From an uncultured Bacilli bacterium (GTDB lineage: Bacteria; Bacillota_I; Bacilli_A; RF39; UBA660), in assembly GCA_944332695.1 (NCBI GenBank), contig CALVKL010000001.1, positions 1 to 53,374 of the forward strand: 53,374 bases of DNA, given 5' to 3'. The notes beneath the pieces were generated by a model that was given only the letters and a program-made list of their open reading frames with translations, was not told the origin of the DNA and did not search any database. Below, one piece after another: positions 46,904-53,374 of this stretch. The translations under genes were made by a program, and so were the position numbers. The first letter of the stretch is position 1. Every line of letters begins with the position of its first letter.

Positions 46904-47944
46904 ATGACATTTATATATTTTGTATTAATACTTAGTTTGATTATTTTTATTCATGAATTAGGACATTTTATTTTTGCTAAAAGAGCAGGTATCTATGTTT
47001 ATGAATTTTGTATTGGTATGGGGCCAAGAATATTTAAATTTAAAAGAAAAAATGATGAAACAGAGTATGGCATTCGTTTGTTTCCTATTGGTGGTTTTTG
47101 TGCTTTAGCTGGTGAGGATGTTGCGGATGATGAAAACGTACCTAATGATAAAAAATTGCAATCAAAAACATGGAAAGAAAGATTTTTAACTATGGTTGCG
47201 GGAGTTATGTTTAACTTCATTCTAGCTTTTGTCTTATTGTTTATTATTGGTTTAATTAACGGTAATCCTAATAGTAAGCCGATTGTTTCTAGCGTTCCTA
47301 ATGATGGCCCTAGTTACAAAGCTGGTTTAAGAATTGGGGATGAGATTATTAGATTAAATGGTGCTAGAACTGGTAATATCGATCGATTAATGATTGAATA
47401 TCAGATTAATTATGGTCAACCAATTGAATTAGAAATTTTAAGAGATGGTGAGAAAAAAAATATTACAATTGTTCCTAATGCTATTGAGACTGATGAAGGA
47501 ACAACTTATCAATATCGCTTTTCATTAGATTCTAGTGTTGAAAAAGGTTTTTTTGAGGCTATTATTTATGCAGTTACTAAATTCTTTAGTTTAATTGAAC
47601 AAATGGTTGTTACATTTATCTACTTATTTACAGGACAATTAGGTTTGTCTAATTTATCTGGACCAGTTGGTATATATAACATTGTGGGACAGTCAGTTGC
47701 TGCTGGATTTTTAAGTCTTATTTCTTTAACTAGTTTATTAAGCATTAATGTTGGATTTATAAATTTATTACCAATACCCGCTTTTGATGGTGGTAGAATT
47801 TTATTTTTGATAATTGAAAAAATAAGAAAGAAACCATTACCATCAAAAGTTGAAAATACTATTCATGGTATTGGTATGGCTTTACTTATTTTACTAATGA
47901 TAGTAGTTACTTATAATGATATCGTAAGATTTGTGATTAAATGA
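46904..47944 (+). CDS. rseP: site-2 zinc metalloprotease RseP/RasP (M50)
   Basis: HELGH, a single PDZ domain, and NLLPIPAFDGG. Confidence 0.9.
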   Translation: MTFIYFVLILSLIIFIHELGHFIFAKRAGIYVYEFCIGMGPRIFKFKRKNDETEYGIRLFPIGGFCALAGEDVADDENVPNDKKLQSKTWKERFLTMVAGVMFNFILAFVLLFIIGLINGNPNSKPIVSSVPNDGPSYKAGLRIGDEIIRLNGARTGNIDRLMIEYQINYGQPIELEILRDGEKKNITIVPNAIETDEGTTYQYRFSLDSSVEKGFFEAIIYAVTKFFSLIEQMVVTFIYLFTGQLGLSNLSGPVGIYNIVGQSVAAGFLSLISLTSLLSINVGFINLLPIPAFDGGRILFLIIEKIRKKPLPSKVENTIHGIGMALLILLMIVVTYNDIVRFVIK

Positions 47945-48270
47945 TAACAATTAATTGTTGCAAACATTATGATAAGATAGTAAATTTCTTATATGTCGAA
48001 AACGATATTATTTCTGAATTGTTAATTAATTATTATCAAGAATATGTTTTTAATATTAAAAGTGAAAAGAGTAAAGCAAAATTAGATGAAATAATGAGTT
48101 TATATACTGATAAAGATGATTTTTATAAATATGTTCAAAAATTTTTTACCTTAGAAAATAATAATTCTATATATGATAGTTATGATAAAGTAATTAGAAA
48201 ATTATTAAAAATTTATAAGCAATATGAAATTGATAAATTGGCTAGAATAGAAAATTCGAGGTGGTTATAA
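47941..48270 (+). CDS. hypothetical protein (109 aa)
   Basis: ORF translationally coupled on both sides (ATGA with rseP, TAATG with the ABC ATPase). No recognised domain. Confidence 0.45.
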   Translation: MITINCCKHYDKIVNFLYVENDIISELLINYYQEYVFNIKSEKSKAKLDEIMSLYTDKDDFYKYVQKFFTLENNNSIYDSYDKVIRKLLKIYKQYEIDKLARIENSRWL

Positions 48271-49169
48271 TGTTAAAAGTTGAAAATGTTACAAAATACT
48301 ATGGTGACTTTAAGGCTGTTGATAATTTATCGTTTGAAGTAAAACCAGGAGAAATTTTTGGGTTATTAGGAGTAAATGGTGCGGGGAAAACAACAACATT
48401 TAGAATGATTATGGGACTTCTTGATATGACAGAAGGAAGTATCACTTTAGATGGAGAAAAAATTAATTACGATGTTACTGATAAGATAGGTTTTTTAACT
48501 GAAGAAAGAAGTCTACTAACTAAATTAACAGTTAAAGAACAATGTCTTTATTATGGTGTCTTAAAGGGAATGAAAGAAGAAGAAATTATCAAAAGAACTA
48601 AAGAATTATTAGAAAAATTTGAAATTCCTGAGTATTTTGATAAAAAAATAAAAGAGTTATCTAAAGGTAATCAACAAAAAGTTCAGTTTATTACAGCTAT
48701 TATTAATGATCCTAAATTATTAATTTTAGATGAACCGTTTAGTGGTTTAGATCCATTTAATGTTGAATTGTTTAAAAAACAAATAGTTGAAATGTCAGAA
48801 AAAGGAAGCATGATTATTTTCTCATCACATCGAATGGAACACGTTGAATTATTTTGTAAGAAATTAGTTGTTCTTTTAAATGGTAAAGCTGTTTTAGCTG
48901 GTGAATTAAATAAAATAAAAAAACAATATCGCAAGAAAAATATTTTGATTAAAGGTGATATTGATTTAGATGAGATAAAAAAAATTAAAGGGGTTGTTTC
49001 AGTCGTTAATAAAGCTGACGAATATGAAGTTAAAATTGAAGATGAAAAAATTGTTGATGATGTTTTCAAATATGTTACAAAATGTGATAATGTAACTAAA
49101 TTTTCTGTCGAAGAGCCAAGTTTAAATGAAATCTTTGTAGCAAAAGTAGGTGAATCATATGAAAAATAA
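48270..49169 (+). CDS. ABC transporter ATP-binding protein (NatA-like)
   Basis: Walker A GVNGAGKTT, signature LSKGNQQKV and Walker B LILDEPFSGLD. Confidence 0.85.
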   Translation: MLKVENVTKYYGDFKAVDNLSFEVKPGEIFGLLGVNGAGKTTTFRMIMGLLDMTEGSITLDGEKINYDVTDKIGFLTEERSLLTKLTVKEQCLYYGVLKGMKEEEIIKRTKELLEKFEIPEYFDKKIKELSKGNQQKVQFITAIINDPKLLILDEPFSGLDPFNVELFKKQIVEMSEKGSMIIFSSHRMEHVELFCKKLVVLLNGKAVLAGELNKIKKQYRKKNILIKGDIDLDEIKKIKGVVSVVNKADEYEVKIEDEKIVDDVFKYVTKCDNVTKFSVEEPSLNEIFVAKVGESYEK

Positions 49170-50487
49170 ATTGAAGTTTTTAATTGGTGTTAGTTTAAAA
49201 AGAAAAGTTCAAACAAAATGGTTTTATATTGCTAATATATGTATTGCTTTAGTAATTATTGGTTTAGCTAATATCGATCATATCATTAAATTTTTTGGTG
49301 GTGACTTTGATCAAAAAACTAAAATTTATGTTATTGATAACACGGATGTTGCTTTTGATATTTTTAAATTGTCGGCTGATGCTAGTTTTAATTTAACTGG
49401 TAATGATGAAAATAACTACGAAATAATTAATTCGGATAATTCTAAAGATGAACTTATTGAAATGATTAAAACAAATGAAGAAGAAAAAAATTCTCTTGCT
49501 TTAGTTTTTGATTTGAGTGATGAAAATATTGTTAATGTTGAATTGATTAGCAATAATTTTGTCGATGCTTTAGATATGTCGATGATAAATAGTGCTGCTA
49601 ATAGTGTTAAAGTTTATTTGGCGATGGAAAAGTTTGATATAAGTGAAGAAGAAATGACAGCAATTAATTCGAGTGTAACTATTAATCGAACTGTTTTAGA
49701 TGAAAATAAAGATTCTGCAGAAGAAAATATGGAAATAATTACGTCAACAGTATTTCCAGTCTTTATCTTACCGTTTTTCATATTAGTAATTTTCTTAGTT
49801 CAGATGATTGGTGCGGAAATTAATGATGAAAAGACAACTAGAGGAATGGAAATAATAATTTCTAATGTTTCCCCACACGTTCATTTTTTCAGTAAATGTA
49901 TTGCTGGCAATTTATTTATTTTAATTCAAGGCGTATTATTGATTTTATATGCAGTTATTGGTTTTGCATCTAGAGGATTTTTTGATGATGTCAGCAGTGT
50001 GAATGATTTAGTTGGGCAATTAACTGGTATGTTATCTGGTCTTTTTACTCCGAGTTTTGTCGATTCATTAGTTTACATAATTCCTTTAGTTTTAGTTTTA
50101 ATGATTTTGACTTTTATAGGTTATTCTTTAGTAGCTGGTATTTTAGCTAGTATTACAACTAATACTGAAGATTTTCAACAATTACAAACTCCAATTATTT
50201 TAATCGTTTTGTTAGGTTACTATTTAGCGATGATGGCTGGTGCTTTTGAAGGATCAATTATTATTAATCTATTAGGTTATGTCCCTTTTATATCAGCTAT
50301 CTTAAGCCCTTCTTTGCTAGTTATGGGGGAATTTACTGTTATTGATGTATTAATTTCTATTGGATTAATGACTGTTACAATTTTTATTTTAATAAAATAT
50401 GGCTTAAAAATATATAAAGTAGGTATATTAAATTATTCTTCTAATGGTTTATGGAAGAAAATGTTTAAGGCTTTAAAGGAGAAATAA
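49159..50487 (+). CDS. ABC-2 type permease (NatB-like)
   Basis: N-terminal TM helix, a large extracytoplasmic loop and 5 C-terminal TM helices. Overlaps the ATPase gene. Confidence 0.7.
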   Translation: MKNKLKFLIGVSLKRKVQTKWFYIANICIALVIIGLANIDHIIKFFGGDFDQKTKIYVIDNTDVAFDIFKLSADASFNLTGNDENNYEIINSDNSKDELIEMIKTNEEEKNSLALVFDLSDENIVNVELISNNFVDALDMSMINSAANSVKVYLAMEKFDISEEEMTAINSSVTINRTVLDENKDSAEENMEIITSTVFPVFILPFFILVIFLVQMIGAEINDEKTTRGMEIIISNVSPHVHFFSKCIAGNLFILIQGVLLILYAVIGFASRGFFDDVSSVNDLVGQLTGMLSGLFTPSFVDSLVYIIPLVLVLMILTFIGYSLVAGILASITTNTEDFQQLQTPIILIVLLGYYLAMMAGAFEGSIIINLLGYVPFISAILSPSLLVMGEFTVIDVLISIGLMTVTIFILIKYGLKIYKVGILNYSSNGLWKKMFKALKEK

Positions 50488-50488
50488 T

Positions 50489-50908
50489 ATGTTAAAAGTA
50501 GTGGGAACAATGTTTTTTAAAGATGGTAAATTATTAATTGATAAACCTAGAAAAAGGCCAACATTTCAAATGATTGGCGGTAGTGTTGAAGAAGGAGAAA
50601 CTACTTTAGAAGCTGCAATTAAATAATGTCGTGAAGAATTAGGTGATAAGGCAATATTTGATGAGAATAAAATAATACCCGTTATGGATTTTGAAGAAAT
50701 TGCAACAAGTGATCCAACTAAAAAAATTCATATGCATATTTTCAAATATGATGGCGAGTTAGAAGGTGAGCTAACAACATCTTCAGAAATTGAAGATTTT
50801 ATGTGGTTTGGCCAAGATGACGATGTTAAGTTGTTATCTAATACTTTAAAAAACGAGATTCTTCCTTATTGTATTGAAAATAAATTAATATATAATAAAA
50901 CTAGATAA
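50489..50908 (+). pseudogene. NUDIX hydrolase with in-frame TAA at the Nudix-box Glu
   Basis: GGSVEEGETTLEAAIK*CREELG: TAA at 50624-50626 occupies the E of the R-E-U-x-E-E box. Both halves are in one frame. The downstream half is the 50684-50908 ORF. Confidence 0.7.
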
Positions 50909-50923
50909 GCTCTAGTTTTAATT

Positions 50924-51004
50924 GCATAGATGGTGGAATTGGTAGACACGCAGGCTTGAGGTGCTTGTGAAGTAATTCGTGAGGGTTCGAGTCCCTTTAT
51001 TAGA
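50924..51004 (+). tRNA. tRNA-Leu(GAG)-like sequence; acceptor stem does not pair (probable pseudo-tRNA)
   Basis: Class II cloverleaf from the D arm to the T arm (GGAATTGGTAGA D loop, anticodon loop TTGAGGT, variable arm, GAGGG-TTCGAGT-CCCTT). The 5' strand GCATAGA pairs with the 3' strand TATTAGA at only 3 of 7 positions. Confidence 0.5.
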
Positions 51005-51695
51005 ACCATTAAGTAAAATTTTAGATGTTTCCATAAATGAAATTTTTGCAGGTGAGAAAATAGATAATAAAAGAATAGAAGAAAAGACAAACGAAAATAT
51101 ATTAAATATAACAAAAAAAGAAATAGAAAATTTTAAAGCAATAAAAATGGGAATGTTAAGTATAATAATAGTTTCTTTAATACTTGTAATTTTTGGTATC
51201 ATAAATAATCTTAATATAAATGGTTATTTGATGTTATTAGCAAGTTATAATTGTGTGTATATGTATTATAAATATAAATATTGTAGAGATAAAAATAATT
51301 TAACATTAAGTATTGTATGGTTTGCTTGTAGTATTTTATTTTTTACAAGTTATGCCATATCAATAATAGATTTATCGTTAAAAGAAATAGTAAGTTATAT
51401 TATAATGATGTTATTTGGTATTTTAATTATCAGTTTAGGTATTATGAATTATAGAGGTAATATTTCTACTATTCACTGGTATAATCGTAGAAAAGAGTCT
51501 AAGGAAAATGAAAGTAAATATGGAAAATACATGGGGATAGGAACTATAATTATTGGTAGTAGTTTAACGATAACTTCTATATTACAAATGCTTTATTATT
51601 TAGAAATATTTTTTTATATCATTGTTATAGGAATTATAGTTGGTCTTATATTTATGTTGTATTCTCAAATAAAATATAATAAAGGAATTTTTTAG
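50995..51695 (+). pseudogene. 5'-truncated XRE-family membrane protein (paralogue of the 51798 gene)
   Basis: ..PLLEPLSKILDVSINEIFAGEK aligns with residues ~45-66 of the downstream paralogue. The HTH N-terminus, SD and start are missing. The ORF-track GTG start lies inside the tRNA-like T arm. The C-terminal part has 4-5 TM helices. Confidence 0.55.
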
Positions 51696-51797
51696 AATTG
51701 TTAATTATATACATAAAAAGTAAGAACTCAAGGTTTGTTTCGTGTTCAAAAAAACTTTTACATTATAAAATGTTAGTGTGAAAGGAGATGCTATTTT

Positions 51798-52508
51798 ATG
51801 AATCAAGAGCATATTGGTAAATTTATAGCAGAATGTAGAAAAAGAAAAAAGATAACTCAATCAGAATTAGCAGAAAAACTTGGAGTAACTGATCGTTCAG
51901 TTTCAAACTGGGAAAATGGTAAAAATATGCCTGATTTATCTTTATTTAAGCCTTTATGTAATATACTTGATATTACAATCAATGAACTATTAAGTGGTGA
52001 AAAATTAAGTAAAGATGAGTATCAAGAAAAGTTTGAAGAAAATATTGTAAATACAATTAATTACTCTACAAAAAAGATAAGTAAATATAATAAAGTTATT
52101 TCTTTATTTTTAATTATATTTGGCTTATTTATTTCAATATCAGCAATAATGATTTTCCCAAGTGAAAGTAGCTGGAGCTCAATTTATTCAGTTTTTGGCG
52201 TATTAGTTTTTATGGTTGGTATTTCAAAAATGATGAAATTGTTTAAATGGTATATTAGATTAGCATTTGTATCAATTGTTTTTATTCTTACAATGGGACT
52301 ATTATTATTTACGGACTATATAAACGTTAAAACTAATGATGAAGCTCCAATGTTTAGAACAACTACCACTACTACTGGTAATGTTATTTACTATGATACT
52401 TTATTTTATGATGTATATAGATGTAATTTTGATGAAGATGATGAATATTGGGTTATCGAGAAAAATAGTAAACCCACTATTAATGAATTGATAAACTATT
52501 GTGAATAG
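51798..52508 (+). CDS. XRE-family helix-turn-helix protein with C-terminal membrane/extracytoplasmic region
   Basis: IGKFIAECRKRKKITQSELAEKLGVTDRSVSNWENGKNMPD is a canonical HTH_3 domain, followed by 3 TM helices. AAAGGAG SD. Confidence 0.8.
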   Translation: MNQEHIGKFIAECRKRKKITQSELAEKLGVTDRSVSNWENGKNMPDLSLFKPLCNILDITINELLSGEKLSKDEYQEKFEENIVNTINYSTKKISKYNKVISLFLIIFGLFISISAIMIFPSESSWSSIYSVFGVLVFMVGISKMMKLFKWYIRLAFVSIVFILTMGLLLFTDYINVKTNDEAPMFRTTTTTTGNVIYYDTLFYDVYRCNFDEDDEYWVIEKNSKPTINELINYCE

Positions 52509-52537
52509 TGTTGTAATATGTATTTGGTTTTAATTAA

Positions 52538-52563
52538 AGTAGATGAAAAATCTACTTTTTTAA
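52538..52563 (+). terminator. rho-independent terminator
   Basis: AGTAGAT-gaaaa-ATCTACT followed by T6. Confidence 0.7.
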
Positions 52564-52740
52564 TAAAATTTCGAAATTGTAACTTTGACTATAATATAAT
52601 TAATTTGTAAGAACGAAAGGAGAATATTAATGGAGATATTAAAAGTTAAAAGTCTTACAAATATTTCTGAAAAAGTGACAACATTTATAAGAAAATACAA
52701 AAAAAGTAGAGATTAATACTAATAAAGATAACTACTTTTT

Positions 52741-53374
52741 TTATTTTTGGTTGAACTCATTAGACAAGAAACAAGAACGATTAAAACGATATTGTTTTCA
52801 TTTTTCTTTTAGCTTTATTAAAGTAGTATTAAAACTTGAATTTTTTTTAAAATTTTTCATCATCAAAATAACCTAAATAATGAAATCTTTTGCTAAGCCA
52901 TAATAATTAATATTTTCTTCAATAATGGTTGTTATAGCATTAATGTCGGTTAAAACGAGATTTTGATAATTTGAGTTAGTTAGTTCTTTCTTCTAATGTT
53001 TTACATTTTAAATTTATTTAAAAATATGTTTAGTTTTATATTTCTCTTTCTCATAATATTTTCTTTTTTTAAAATTTTAGGGTTTGGAATTTTCTCATAT
53101 GTGAAAATTTACAAGAGCAAATTTTCAGTGCTGGCTGTCGATAAAATTTGATTTTGTCCATACATATTTTTAGTCGTATATTAATTCTTTTAATTTTTCA
53201 GTTAAATTTTTATCATTTTTAACATAGCAATTTATAAAAAAATTACTTTTTCTTGTGCTTCATTACCAACCGAAAAAAGATAATCGTTAAGTTCATTAAC
53301 TATTAAAAGTCTATTATAAAAATGTTTCTTATTCTTTTTCAGATAGTCTATTTTAATAGATTGTAAGTTTTATA
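52741..53374 (-). pseudogene. multi-frame ORF debris, probably one decayed gene entering from beyond the window end
   Basis: On the minus strand, 25-45-codon open stretches switch between all three frames (..NELNDYLFSVGNEAQEKVIFL* / FINCYVKNDKNLTEKLKELIYD* / ..LVLTDINAITTIIEENINYYGLAKDFII* / LGYFDDEKF*). There is no ORF of 60 aa or more on either strand from 52509 to the end. Confidence 0.3.

Noticed and set aside
50979-50997. GTG start and the first residues (MRVRVP) of the 238-aa ORF 50979-51695
   Set aside because: These codons are the variable/T-arm region of the tRNA-Leu-like sequence. Homology to the XRE paralogue begins only at ~50995, so this is read-through of a junction, not a real N-terminus.
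51005-51008. ACCA exactly where a discriminator base plus CCA end would be for the tRNA-like sequence
   Set aside because: The same bases are codons (gaa cca) that align with the paralogous XRE gene (aag cct), and the preceding 7 nt do not pair with the 5' acceptor strand. Most likely coincidence.
1-53374. Search by eye for CRISPR arrays, IS/transposase, integrase, restriction-modification, toxin-antitoxin pairs or known multi-gene defence systems
   Set aside because: I saw no regularly spaced direct repeats and no ORF with transposase, integrase, nuclease-helicase or methylase signatures. I cannot claim such a system from this sequence.

Overview
This is a very AT-rich window, roughly 25-30% GC by eye (not computed), using the standard genetic code (TGA, TAA and TAG all act as stops). 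It comes from a low-GC Firmicute. The organism is clearly an endospore former: the window holds cotE, cwlD, sspI, a SirA-like gene and two tiny YjcZ-type peptides. About 90% of the window is housekeeping genes on the + strand, arranged in Bacillus-like synteny blocks. The blocks are: cmk/alaS-ireB-ruvX-yrzB-mltG-trmR; tkt-sirA-yneF; gltX; ecfA1-ecfA2-ecfT-truA-rplM-rpsI ... cwlD; proS; radC; rpoZ; lemA-DUF2207; trmB; ytxG/ytxH-like; mraZ-rsmH-ftsL-PBP; clpC-like; miaB ... cotE; rpsP-khpA; uppS-cdsA-rseP; and a NatAB-like ABC exporter. I found no CRISPR array, IS element, integrase, prophage block or recognisable multi-gene defence system, and I cannot point to a clear new multi-gene system. 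The unusual signals are local. (1) An orphan type IV pilin-like gene has its start codon and its pilin frame separated by a G7 tract, a candidate phase-variation switch, and its 3' end runs into a terminator. (2) The 3' end of the window (50.5-53.4 kb) is a decay hot spot: a NUDIX gene with a nonsense codon at the catalytic Glu, a tRNA-Leu(GAG)-like sequence without a pairable acceptor stem fused to a 5'-truncated XRE gene, and about 0.85 kb with only multi-frame ORF debris. (3) About 0.25 kb upstream of tkt is relatively GC-rich and non-coding, with its own promoter-like and terminator-like signals; it is either a structured RNA or the remains of a truncated radical-SAM gene. (4) Phased GTCAAA/TTGAC heptad pairs flank an isolated rpoZ. 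(5) Two unannotated tandem tiny-TM sporulation peptides lie upstream of mraZ. (6) The AlaRS is unusually short. Start codons were refined by eye from SD spacing and are approximate where noted.
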